A DNA stretch of 39,945 nucleotides from NCBI GenBank assembly GCA_037137395.1, contig JBAXKK010000015.1:1-39945 (forward strand). Direction: 5' to 3'. Positions 16,620 to 25,821 of the stretch are shown here, in pieces. Below the pieces are notes generated by a model, which was given only the letters and a program-made list of their open reading frames with translations, had not been told where the DNA came from and searched no databases. A program made the position numbers and the translations under genes. Within the stretch, counting starts at the first letter, position 1, and the number at the start of each line of letters is the position of its first letter. The DNA comes from Elusimicrobiota bacterium. Its GTDB lineage: Bacteria; Elusimicrobiota; Elusimicrobia; Elusimicrobiales; UBA9959.

Positions 16620-18833
16620 ATGGCAACTGAAAAGACCGAAAAGACGGCGAGACCGGTAAAAAGCGAGAAGCCCGAAAAAGTCGGAAAACCGGAGAAGGCC
16701 GAGAAGCTTAAGGCTAAAAAAACTCTGGTAATCGTGGAGTCTCCAACCAAAGAAAAAACCATCAGCCGATTTCTTAGCGCTGATTATGTCGTGCGCAGCT
16801 CCTACGGACATGTGCGTGATCTGCCGAAGGATGAATTAGGCGTGGATGTGGAACATGAATTCACCCCTAAATATGTGCTCATAGACAGGGCCAAGAAAAT
16901 CATCCCCGAACTTAACACGCTGGCCAAGAACGCCGACGCCATTTACCTCGCCACCGACCCGGATCGGGAAGGCGAAGCCATTTCCTGGCACCTGCGCGAG
17001 GCCATGAACGCCGATAAATCAAAGTTTCAGCGTATCAGCTTTCACGAGATAACCAAGCAGGCCATAGAAACTTCGCTTAAGTCCCCGCGCGAACTTGACC
17101 TTAATCTTGTGAACGCGCAGCAGGCGCGGCGCGTCACCGACCGCTTGGTAGGTTACAAGCTTTCTCCGCTGCTGTGGGCCAAAATAAAGAGCGGTCTTTC
17201 GGCCGGTCGTGTGCAGTCGGTAACTGTGCGCCTGGTGGCGGAGCGCGCCCTGGAAATAGCCGCTTTCACCAGCGAAGACTATTATACACTGTCCGCTAAG
17301 CTTGCCAAGGATACGGATCCTAAGGATTTCGAATCCAAGCTTGTTCGCTGGCATTCAAAACCAGTGGAGCAAACCGTCCTTTTGAAGCTGTTCGCGGAGG
17401 ATTACCGCTACAAGACGTCTGTCTTTAAAAAAATAGAAGACACGGTGGAAGCGGCCACGTTGCTTCGCAACTCTATTCTCACGGTCTCCAAGATAGAATC
17501 CAAAGCGGTAAAACAAAAGCCCAAGCCGCCGTTTATTACCAGCACCCTCCAGCAGGATGCGTATAATAAGCTTGGCTTTTCATCCGACCGCACCATGAAG
17601 GTGGCGCAGAGCCTGTATGAGGGCGTCGAGCTGGGCGGCGAGCGCGCCGGTCTTATTACCTACATGAGAACGGATTCGTTTAATGTTTCCTCTGAAATCC
17701 AGAAAGAAACTGTTAAATTCGTGACCGAAATATACGGCAAGGATTTTGCTCCGGCTAAGCCTCCAATCTACCTCAAAAAGGTCAAAGGGGCGCAGGAAGC
17801 CCACGAGGCCATCCATCCGACGTCGGTTTATCGAAGGCCGGAGGATATGAATTCATTCCTGACCGCCGAGCAGGCCAGACTTTACGACCTCATCTGGCGG
17901 AGGTTCGTCGCCAGCCAGATGGAAGACGCCGTATTTGATTCCGTCAGCGTTGAGATAACCGACGATAAAGGAGTCGCCGTGCTTCGGACCAGCGGCCGCA
18001 CCATAAAATTTGAGGGCTATCTAAAGGTCTATCGTGAGGAGAAAGAGGAGGAAGTCACGGACGAGGAGGAGGATGAGGAATCAATCATACCGCCCCTCAA
18101 AGAAGGTGATAGGCTCATCCTTAAAGATGTGATGACCAAGGCTCATAAGACCAGCCCGCCGCCTAACTACAACGAGGCCAGCATCATTAAGACGCTTGAA
18201 AAGCACGGCATCGGACGCCCATCCACCTACTCGGTCATCATCAGGAATATCGTCGACCGCGGCTATATCAAGCGCGAGAAAGACCGGAAACTCCTTATAA
18301 CCGAACTTGGAGCGCTTGTTACGGAAAAGCTTAAAGGTTTTTTCCCGGATATTATGGATATTTCCTACACAGCCTCTATAGAGGACAAGCTGGACGATAT
18401 CGCGGACGGCGCCATAAATTGGCTTAAGATGATAAAGGACTTCTACGGCCCGTTCGCACGGAACCTGGCCAAAGCCGAGACCGATATGGTCAAATCCCGC
18501 CCCAATGTTGTCAAAACAAACGAGAAATGTCCGCTCTGTCTCAGTCTCATGGTCATGCGCGAAAGCAAGTTCGGGAAGTATCTCTCCTGTTCCAGGTTCC
18601 CCAGTTGCAAAGGTAAGGTGCCTCTGGATAGGGAAGGTAATAAGATAGACGTGTTCAAGCCCATTCCCATCGAAAAGATCTGCACCAAGTGCAATAAGAA
18701 TAAAATGCTTTTGCGCAAAAGCACGCGGGGCTATTTTCTGGCCTGCTCCGGCTTTCCCCGGTGCCGCAATATTGAAAAGGTAACTGACCCGGAAGTTGAG
18801 CAGATAATAAGCAGCGCCAAACCCAAAGCGTGA
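16620..18833 (+). CDS. topA: DNA topoisomerase I
   Basis: LVIVESPTK, SYGHVRDLP, ATDPDREGEAI, SAGRVQS, catalytic LITYMRTDS, GIGRPSTY and two C4 zinc ribbons. Confidence 0.97.
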   Translation: MATEKTEKTARPVKSEKPEKVGKPEKAEKLKAKKTLVIVESPTKEKTISRFLSADYVVRSSYGHVRDLPKDELGVDVEHEFTPKYVLIDRAKKIIPELNTLAKNADAIYLATDPDREGEAISWHLREAMNADKSKFQRISFHEITKQAIETSLKSPRELDLNLVNAQQARRVTDRLVGYKLSPLLWAKIKSGLSAGRVQSVTVRLVAERALEIAAFTSEDYYTLSAKLAKDTDPKDFESKLVRWHSKPVEQTVLLKLFAEDYRYKTSVFKKIEDTVEAATLLRNSILTVSKIESKAVKQKPKPPFITSTLQQDAYNKLGFSSDRTMKVAQSLYEGVELGGERAGLITYMRTDSFNVSSEIQKETVKFVTEIYGKDFAPAKPPIYLKKVKGAQEAHEAIHPTSVYRRPEDMNSFLTAEQARLYDLIWRRFVASQMEDAVFDSVSVEITDDKGVAVLRTSGRTIKFEGYLKVYREEKEEEVTDEEEDEESIIPPLKEGDRLILKDVMTKAHKTSPPPNYNEASIIKTLEKHGIGRPSTYSVIIRNIVDRGYIKREKDRKLLITELGALVTEKLKGFFPDIMDISYTASIEDKLDDIADGAINWLKMIKDFYGPFARNLAKAETDMVKSRPNVVKTNEKCPLCLSLMVMRESKFGKYLSCSRFPSCKGKVPLDREGNKIDVFKPIPIEKICTKCNKNKMLLRKSTRGYFLACSGFPRCRNIEKVTDPEVEQIISSAKPKA

Positions 18834-18942
18834 TGTTCGCTGGCCCCGGTATAGTCCGGATAGCGCTATACTGGGAGAGCCCGGACCGCGGGTTGTAAGA
18901 TTGTAGGGTTATGTGATTGTTGGCGCCAGTTTGCAGGATTTC

Positions 18943-18976
18943 CCGTCGGGCTTTTAAAAAGCCCGGCGGTTTTTTT
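18943..18976 (+). terminator. Rho-independent terminator after topA
   Basis: CCGTCGGGCTTTT-A-AAAAGCCCGGCGG followed by a T run. Confidence 0.8.
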
Positions 18977-21776
18977 ATGGCGCGCGCAGGTCAGGGCGGC
19001 TTGGCTGCTGGCACAGTTCTAAGGCTTTCAGTTTTATGGCCTGAAGGTCTAACTTGCCGCCGATGAGTGGTATGCGATCTACTTTGTGATAATCTTTGTC
19101 AAGCGGACGCCAGGAAGGAGGCAGCGAACTTGCGGCTATGATATAGCGCAGGCGGCCGGCCTCTCCGGCGCAATACAATACCGCCAGCTTTTCGCCTTCT
19201 TTCCCGTTCGGTACGGAGGCGACAGCTACTACGCGTTTGGTCAGGCCGAGCCCATCCTGGAGCGCTTCCTCCACCGCCAAGTGCGGCACCATTCCGCCGT
19301 CTATCAGCGTAAAACGGGAAGCGCGGTCTTCTATTATCACAAAGCCGTTCGCGTCTATTCTGGCCACGTCGCCCGTCAGATACCAGCCGTCTTTCACGAC
19401 TTCGGCCGTAAGGCCTGGCCTGTTTAGATAGCCCTTCATAACATTGGGGCCTTTTACCATAAGAATTCCTTCACTGCCGGCGGGCATCACTTCGTAAGTC
19501 TCCGGGGCCACCACTTTCATTGCCACGCCTGGCAGGGGCAATCCGACGCTGCGCTCTTTCCACCCTGTCTGGAACTCGCTGTCCTTATCCGCGTGAGGGA
19601 CTGATAAAGCCGTCACAGATGTCAGTTCCGCCGCCCCATAGCACTCCAGCGGGCGCAGACCGAATTTATTTTCGAACGCCTCCGAGAGAGATGGTTTGAG
19701 TTTTTCCGCGCCTACAATCATATGGAGAAGCGATGCGAAATCTTCTCTTTTTGCCTTTCGGGTGTAGAGGCGTAGCATCGCGGGTGTCGCGAAGAGCGCA
19801 GTGGCCCGGCGCTCCCTGACCTCGCGGGCGATAATGCCGGCGTTCAGAGGGTTGGAGTGGTAGCAGACAGGCGCTCCGCTAAGAATGGGGTACCAGAGCG
19901 AGGCCGTGTAACCGAAAGGATGAGATAAGGGCAGGGCGGAACATAGACTATCTTTTTCCGTCAAACCGAAAACTATACGCAGGGATTCAATATTTGAAAG
20001 TATATTATGGTGGCTAAGCATGATGCCTTTAGGGGCTCCGGTGGAACCGGAAGAGAAAACAATAGCGGCTGTTTCATCCGCGCCCGGGTCTGACTCTTCC
20101 TTAAGCCATGCTGCCGGCGCCATCCTGGCTTTTAGCGAGGAAATAAATCCTGCCGGTTTGGCCGCAAGGTCATTTATGTATAGAATGTAATTCTCCGGCA
20201 GTGGGGGGCAGCGCTTGTCCAGAAAGGCCCTTGAAGTTATTATGGTTTGTATTCCGCATTGAGAAATCGCGGAGCTGAATGCCGCGTTAGCGGCCGAGGA
20301 ATCAAGATTCACCGGTACTCTGCCAGCCAGGGTAACGGCGAGGTTGGCTAAAACTCCTGCCGCTGAAGTGGGAAGCAGCAGCCCCACATTCTCTCTGTAC
20401 TTCGTCCTTTGTTTTATGCAAGCCGAGAATTCCAGCGCGCCGATAAGCAGGGATCCGTAGGTTAGGCTGTTGCCGGCGGAATCCGTCACTACGGGCAGAT
20501 CCCAGTTTTCCCTGGCCGCCTTTATAAACTCATGTCCTAAATCCCGGTGGAAAAACTTCCGGCTGTTAAAATATTCGCAGGAAAGTTCCATTACCGCCAG
20601 GCGCACCTCGCCCGTGCTAGATGTTGAGGGCAGCGGGTTGCCGAAAATAACCGAAACTTCGTGTCGGGAAAACCCCTTCCACCTTTTGACAAAACTGCGG
20701 TGGTAATAGCTTGTAAGGGTTCCCCACGCCCCGCCTATGTAAACCGGAATTATGGGATAGCCGCTGTTTTCAGTTATCTTGGTAAAGCCTTTACGGAATT
20801 CCCTCAGCATGCCAGTGCGGGTTAGAGCTCCTTCGGCGAAGATTACGGCCATGAAACCGTCGTCCATGGCTTTGCGCGCGGCCTGCAGCGAGGCTATTAT
20901 CTTTTTGGGCGGATCGTTCATATCTATGGGGATACAGCCCAGGAGCCTGAATAGCGGCGTAACCAGTGCCCATCCTTCATATACGTTCCTTGTGATCAGG
21001 AAGCGCAGGCGGCGCCGTTGCGTGGCCATGAGTATCACGGCGTCTGCGTAAGAAGTATGGTTGCATACCAGAAGAGCTGGGCCTTCGGACGGTATGTTTT
21101 CAAGGCCGGTTACGCGTATTTTGTAAAGCAGGCGCGTAAGCGCCAGGGTCAGGAATCTAAGCAGAAAATCCAGCAGGAACCTGATTGATACGGCGGTCAG
21201 GACTAGCGTGACAAGGCCCATAACAGCGAAGCCCTGTCCCGCCGTGAAGCCGAGGGTGTAATTCAGGAGGACCAAACCGCCGCCCAAAAGCGCGCCCGCC
21301 AAACCCGCGCGGCCGGCTAGTGATGCCGTTGACGCGTTGCCGCGGGCGCGGCGCTGTATATAGCTGTCAATGGGCGCCATGAAAAGGCCGCCTCCGACGC
21401 CGGCAAGGATTATGACGGGAGCTGCTGATAAAAGTTTTTGCGGAATAAAATTTAAAGCTGTGAGAGCCGCAGCCAGAAGAAAAGCTCCCATCGGAACTAT
21501 GCCGAACTCTATATCCCGGCCGGAAAGCCTGTCCGATACTAATTTCCCTATACCCAGACCCAGGGCTGACAGAAAAGCCAGGCAGGCGGCTAAAGCGGGG
21601 CTCATCGCCAGCGTGTATATTCCGTAGGGGATAATATTGAACTGGAGATAAGCCGCAAGCATGGAGAAAAAGACTGAAGCCATGAGGGCGTGTAAAATGT
21701 CTTTATCGCTCTTGTCGGCCTTTTGCGCGGGGGGCGCTTTGGTTTTATCCGGTATTTTTTTTGATTCCTCGGTCAT
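18975..21776 (-). CDS. Aas-like fusion: half MFS + PlsC acyltransferase + acyl-ACP synthetase
   Basis: About 6 N-terminal TM helices, NHTSYAD (HxxxxD), IFAEGALTRTG, AMP-binding FSSGSTGAPKG, YGAAE and GWYLTGD. Confidence 0.88.
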   Translation of the reverse strand: MTEESKKIPDKTKAPPAQKADKSDKDILHALMASVFFSMLAAYLQFNIIPYGIYTLAMSPALAACLAFLSALGLGIGKLVSDRLSGRDIEFGIVPMGAFLLAAALTALNFIPQKLLSAAPVIILAGVGGGLFMAPIDSYIQRRARGNASTASLAGRAGLAGALLGGGLVLLNYTLGFTAGQGFAVMGLVTLVLTAVSIRFLLDFLLRFLTLALTRLLYKIRVTGLENIPSEGPALLVCNHTSYADAVILMATQRRRLRFLITRNVYEGWALVTPLFRLLGCIPIDMNDPPKKIIASLQAARKAMDDGFMAVIFAEGALTRTGMLREFRKGFTKITENSGYPIIPVYIGGAWGTLTSYYHRSFVKRWKGFSRHEVSVIFGNPLPSTSSTGEVRLAVMELSCEYFNSRKFFHRDLGHEFIKAARENWDLPVVTDSAGNSLTYGSLLIGALEFSACIKQRTKYRENVGLLLPTSAAGVLANLAVTLAGRVPVNLDSSAANAAFSSAISQCGIQTIITSRAFLDKRCPPLPENYILYINDLAAKPAGFISSLKARMAPAAWLKEESDPGADETAAIVFSSGSTGAPKGIMLSHHNILSNIESLRIVFGLTEKDSLCSALPLSHPFGYTASLWYPILSGAPVCYHSNPLNAGIIAREVRERRATALFATPAMLRLYTRKAKREDFASLLHMIVGAEKLKPSLSEAFENKFGLRPLECYGAAELTSVTALSVPHADKDSEFQTGWKERSVGLPLPGVAMKVVAPETYEVMPAGSEGILMVKGPNVMKGYLNRPGLTAEVVKDGWYLTGDVARIDANGFVIIEDRASRFTLIDGGMVPHLAVEEALQDGLGLTKRVVAVASVPNGKEGEKLAVLYCAGEAGRLRYIIAASSLPPSWRPLDKDYHKVDRIPLIGGKLDLQAIKLKALELCQQPSRPDLRAP

Positions 21777-21877
21777 GATTTATAAATGGCTCAGCGGATA
21801 GATCGTCAGCTTGCAGTCAGTGTTACACTAGAGATGCGTCTTGCCTGACAAACTGACAGCCTGAATAATCCGGGCAA

Positions 21878-22183
21878 TTATATTATTTGACGCTTTGGGT
21901 CCAGACGGCGTATTTCTCTCCGCTCGTGGCCAGCGTCCAGCCGCTCCCCGGCTGCCAGTCTAAGGGCTACCCTCTGAGCCTTGCCGGTTACCACCGCCGC
22001 GTAAAGGCCGTTAGTGGCGGAGGAGTCTATCTCTTCAGGCGCGGGTTCGGGAAAGGTTGCCGCGATGTTTTTTGTATCCGCTTTTAATTCATCCGAAGCG
22101 GGGGTGTTTTTTGAAAACGCTGAAACCGGAAGAATGTAAACGGCCAGAAGCGTCGCCGCTAACCAAAATTTGCGTATCTGCAT
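21878..22183 (-). pseudogene. Remnant of a secreted plant-type alpha-amylase (signal peptide + C-terminal domain only)
   Basis: GGAGA SD and signal MQIRKFWLAATLLAV, then ATNGLYAAVVTGKAQRVALR. After a frameshift near 21958 it reads WQPGSGWTLATSGEKYAVWTQSVK*, matching the C-terminus of the amylase at 36728. Confidence 0.72.
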
Positions 22184-22402
22184 TTTTGTCTCCAACAAAC
22201 TTGTCAAAAGGCAAAAAGTGTAAACCTTCATATAGTATAAGTACAATTATACAAAATGCCAGTGTCTGCAGTCCCTTGCGCAGTTGGGCCCAAAGGCCCA
22301 TTGGCAATTTAGAGGAAAAGCGGTTTAGCTCCGCAGAAACAGCTTTTGGCAACCGGTGTGACACCATCAATACTTCGCCATTATTGTGCTAAAATTGTAG
22401 TC

Positions 22403-23323
22403 ATGAACCTGCTGATGGAGAAATTTCTGCTGCATATAAGGTCGCAGCGTAACTTCTCAAAACACACCGTCAAGGCCTACAAGTACGACATAGGGGAATT
22501 TGCGTCATACGCCTCGGCCCATAACGCCGACGCGCCTGCCCTTTGGGACCGCATGCTGATGCGCGGCTATATCGCATATATCAGCGAAAAAAAGGTTTCA
22601 CGGAACACGCTGCTTCGCAAGATATCGGCTATTCATTCCTTCATCTCCTACCTTATAGCCGAAGGCGGCATGGACGGCGACCCGTTCGCGCTCATAACCG
22701 TGCCAAAAAAAGAGAAACGCCTGCCTAAGTTTCTCAGCGAAGGTGAAGTCGGCAAGATGGCTGATTATGGTAATCCGGACATTGTAAGGCAGGAAGACCC
22801 TTCCTACAAGTTCGCCGAGCGCGACTATGCTATTTTCGAGCTTTTATATTCCAGCGGCCTTCGCCGGTCAGAGGCTGCCGGACTGAATATCGGAGACGTC
22901 GATTTCTACGGCGGCTTCGTGCGGGCTATGGGCAAAGGCTCAAAGGAACGCCTGGTGCCGGTTGGGGACAAGGCTTTGAAAGCTATCAGAGCGTATTTGA
23001 GCGCCAGGCCGAAACCGCAGGCCCCGGCCATGCCTTTGTTCCTTAACCATAATAACGCGCGCCTTTCGGATCATGGTCTGGCCCTGGTGGTAAAAAAGCT
23101 GGCGCGTAGAGCCCGTTTCGCCCGGCCGGTAAATCCTCACTCGTTACGGCATTCCTTCGCCACCCATCTTCTTGACAATGGCTGCGACTTGAAATCCGTC
23201 CAGGAGATGTTGGGCCATAAGAATCTGCAGACAACCGAGATATACACGCATGTATCGCTTTCGCGGCTAAAGGAAGTCTATGATAAAACGCACCCGCGGT
23301 CAAAAAAGAATATTGAGCGATAG
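22403..23323 (+). CDS. xerC: Tyrosine recombinase XerC
   Basis: FSKHTVKAY, LYSSGLRRSE, GKGSKERLVP, PHSLRHSFATHLL, LGH and TEIYTHV. ATG 22403 follows TGcTAAAAT by 7 nt. Confidence 0.88.
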   Translation: MNLLMEKFLLHIRSQRNFSKHTVKAYKYDIGEFASYASAHNADAPALWDRMLMRGYIAYISEKKVSRNTLLRKISAIHSFISYLIAEGGMDGDPFALITVPKKEKRLPKFLSEGEVGKMADYGNPDIVRQEDPSYKFAERDYAIFELLYSSGLRRSEAAGLNIGDVDFYGGFVRAMGKGSKERLVPVGDKALKAIRAYLSARPKPQAPAMPLFLNHNNARLSDHGLALVVKKLARRARFARPVNPHSLRHSFATHLLDNGCDLKSVQEMLGHKNLQTTEIYTHVSLSRLKEVYDKTHPRSKKNIER

Positions 23324-23372
23324 AACATGGATCTTGAGGGGAAACTTGAAGGATTAGAACTTGGGGAAGAAT

Positions 23373-24827
23373 ATGAAAAAAATATTTATCGTTCTGCTTT
23401 TACTCCCGGTCATTTCCGCCCGGACTTATGCCGGGGCGCCGTGCACGTTCCGCGAGAAAATCTCCGGCCCCGGTTTTAAAAACGCGCTTTGGGGTTTGAG
23501 CGTGCGCGAGATAGCGACAGGCAAAGAACTGGTCTCCTGCAATAATACCGGCAACCTGATTCCTGCCAGCATTTTAAAACTTTTCGTTACCGGGGCCGCG
23601 CTGGATATTTTGGGGCCCGGAGCTAAATTTAAAACCCGGATTTATCTTGACGGAACGGTAACAAAAGGCGTTTTGAACGGCGGCGTATATATCAGGGGCG
23701 GCGGCGACCCGTCTTTCGGCTCAGGTCTGATAAAAGGGGCCCCCGTCGCGGAGGTGGAATTTGAAAAATGGCGGCTAGCGCTTAAAGCCGCCGGGGTGTC
23801 CGAGATAAACGGTTCTGTTATTGGTGATGATTTGCTTTTTGAAGATCTGCCCTTGCCGGGCTCCTGGGCATGGGAGGATATAGGCAACTACTACGCCGCG
23901 CAGCCGACAGCGCTTGCCATTCATGACAATTTTTATAAGCTCTATTTTAAGCCCGGAGTCAGCCCCGGGGATCCGGCCGAACTTTTGCGCTCCGAACCGA
24001 AGGTTCCGGAGCTGCGCTTTACCAACTTGATGCGTACCGGGCCGGCGGGATCAGGCGATAACGGCTATATTTTTAATTTTCCGGAGCAGTACGCTGCTAC
24101 GCTGCGCGGAACGGTGCCCCAGGGCCCGGCCGAGTTTATAATACGGGGATCCATTCCTGATCCGGCGTTGTTCACCGCGCAGAAATTCAGCGATTATCTC
24201 AACGCTCACGGCCTGAAAGTCAGCGGCAAGGCTTCAAAACTTAAATCTGATAAGGATTACGGCGCGGCCGGGTTCGTGGCCGAAACCGAAGGAGCGCCGC
24301 TAAAAGACATAGTGTTTGTAATTAATAAGCGCAGTTTTAATCTTTATTCCGAGATGCTGCTGCGGCATCTGGCCCTGGCGAAGGGAAAAGCGGGGACGGC
24401 CGACAACGGCATAGGCGTTCTGAAGGATTATATGTCTGACAACGGCGTTGAGGTGTCGGAGTTGAGTCTCGTCGACGCTTCAGGCTTGTCGCGCGTAAAC
24501 TTTGTTAACGCAGATAGTTTTACGGTTTTCCTGGGCAAGCTTTCAAAAAAGAAGTTTTTCAACGTTTACCTGGATTCCCTCATATCTCCTGCGGACCCGG
24601 ACGCGAGCGGGCACATTAAAAAGATGGGCGTGAACACGAAGCTGGAAAAGTTTCTGAAGATAAAGTCGGGCTCGCTGAGCGGGGTAAGGAGCTACGCGGG
24701 CTATCTTACGACAAAACAGGGCAGGCTTTTAACTTTTACATCCATCCTTAATAATTACACCGCGCCGGCCGCCGAGATAGATCGCCTGCACGAGGTCGTT
24801 CTGCTTGAGCTGATAGAAAAATATTAA
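23373..24827 (+). CDS. dacB: D-Ala-D-Ala carboxypeptidase/endopeptidase PBP4 (peptidase S13)
   Basis: Signal peptide, PASILK (SxxK), GGGDPSF, SFN (SxN), DASGLSR and KSG. Confidence 0.92.
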   Translation: MKKIFIVLLLLPVISARTYAGAPCTFREKISGPGFKNALWGLSVREIATGKELVSCNNTGNLIPASILKLFVTGAALDILGPGAKFKTRIYLDGTVTKGVLNGGVYIRGGGDPSFGSGLIKGAPVAEVEFEKWRLALKAAGVSEINGSVIGDDLLFEDLPLPGSWAWEDIGNYYAAQPTALAIHDNFYKLYFKPGVSPGDPAELLRSEPKVPELRFTNLMRTGPAGSGDNGYIFNFPEQYAATLRGTVPQGPAEFIIRGSIPDPALFTAQKFSDYLNAHGLKVSGKASKLKSDKDYGAAGFVAETEGAPLKDIVFVINKRSFNLYSEMLLRHLALAKGKAGTADNGIGVLKDYMSDNGVEVSELSLVDASGLSRVNFVNADSFTVFLGKLSKKKFFNVYLDSLISPADPDASGHIKKMGVNTKLEKFLKIKSGSLSGVRSYAGYLTTKQGRLLTFTSILNNYTAPAAEIDRLHEVVLLELIEKY

Positions 24828-24842
24828 AAATATTCCGGTCCG

Positions 24843-25751
24843 TTAAAATTCCAGATTGGGTCTGAGGATGAACTGGAAGGAGTTGTGGGCTGCGTCCTTG
24901 TCTGAAAGGGGGCCGCTATATTTTTTATTAGATGTCCAGACGAAGCCCGCGCCCAGATTTAACACTCTGCGCTTGCCTACCGGGAACTTCTTCTCGACCA
25001 GGAACAGATGTCTGAGCGGTTCAAGTTTCTTCCGGGAGAAGTCGGCGACGTATTCAAACCCGCTGTTATTCAGCCAGAAATTTTTTGAATTCTCAAAGTC
25101 GGTCCGGCTGCGCCTGAAACCCAGGTAAAATGAGTCGGCTATAAATTTATTATCGTGCGCTTTCAGCCCGCCCCTGAAGCTCCAGCGTAAAGTACGGCCC
25201 GCCAGATACTGCTCCCCTTTGAGCTTACCTTCCATCTCAAACCAATTATCGTGGATAAGAACATTGTCTTTGATGTGCAAATTGCCGGCGTTGATAAGTA
25301 TTCCGGAGTAGCCGGTGCGCTTTCCCTGGAAAGATTTGTTTATTGAGTCAAACGAGATAACATTCCCGAAAAACATGGATAGAGCCCATGGTTCCTCAAA
25401 GCCGGCCGTGGCGGCCTCCACCACGTTCAGGTTGCTGGTAAGCTGCAAATCATTATAGAAATCAGGCTGATGTCTGCGGACAAGCGCCCCAGCGTAGGGG
25501 AGAGGGTTTATGCTGGCTTCCAGCACAAGCGTGCGTGGCTTGTAGAAATTTTTTATCAGTTCCCTGTAGATATCTATTTCCGCGGCGGCGTCCATATGCG
25601 GTATGGGTTTGCCTGTGAGACTGCGGTAAAGGCCGATGCTGGTATAGTAAGGATCAACCTCCACTTCCACCGTGGTTTTCTTTTCAGGAGCTTCTTCGGC
25701 CCGGACGCAAAAAGGTGAGAATATAAGCAGCGCGGCCAGTGTCAGTTTCAT
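24843..25751 (-). CDS. Hypothetical secreted/outer-membrane protein
   Basis: Signal peptide, alternating beta-strand pattern in the C-terminal half, and a terminal Phe (RPNLEF). Confidence 0.7.
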   Translation of the reverse strand: MKLTLAALLIFSPFCVRAEEAPEKKTTVEVEVDPYYTSIGLYRSLTGKPIPHMDAAAEIDIYRELIKNFYKPRTLVLEASINPLPYAGALVRRHQPDFYNDLQLTSNLNVVEAATAGFEEPWALSMFFGNVISFDSINKSFQGKRTGYSGILINAGNLHIKDNVLIHDNWFEMEGKLKGEQYLAGRTLRWSFRGGLKAHDNKFIADSFYLGFRRSRTDFENSKNFWLNNSGFEYVADFSRKKLEPLRHLFLVEKKFPVGKRRVLNLGAGFVWTSNKKYSGPLSDKDAAHNSFQFILRPNLEF

Positions 25752-25821
25752 AGATAATAATTTAGCATTTCCCGCCGTCCTAAAAATGCCCGTATCAAAA
25801 TAAGATTATTTTCTTAAAATC

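Noticed and set aside
21878..22246. Ankyrin-repeat protein
   Set aside because: LYAAV..G..RV..L.AG looks ankyrin-like, but the match to the amylase C-terminal domain continues across the frameshift and explains it better.
22222..22254. Similarity to the mtaB start region (TGTACTTA..TGAAGGTTTA)
   Set aside because: The match is short, AT-rich and gapped; chance or shared promoter composition is sufficient.
22403..23323. Phage or island integrase
   Set aside because: Size, motifs and the dprA-topA neighbourhood fit housekeeping XerC; no att sites or cargo were seen.
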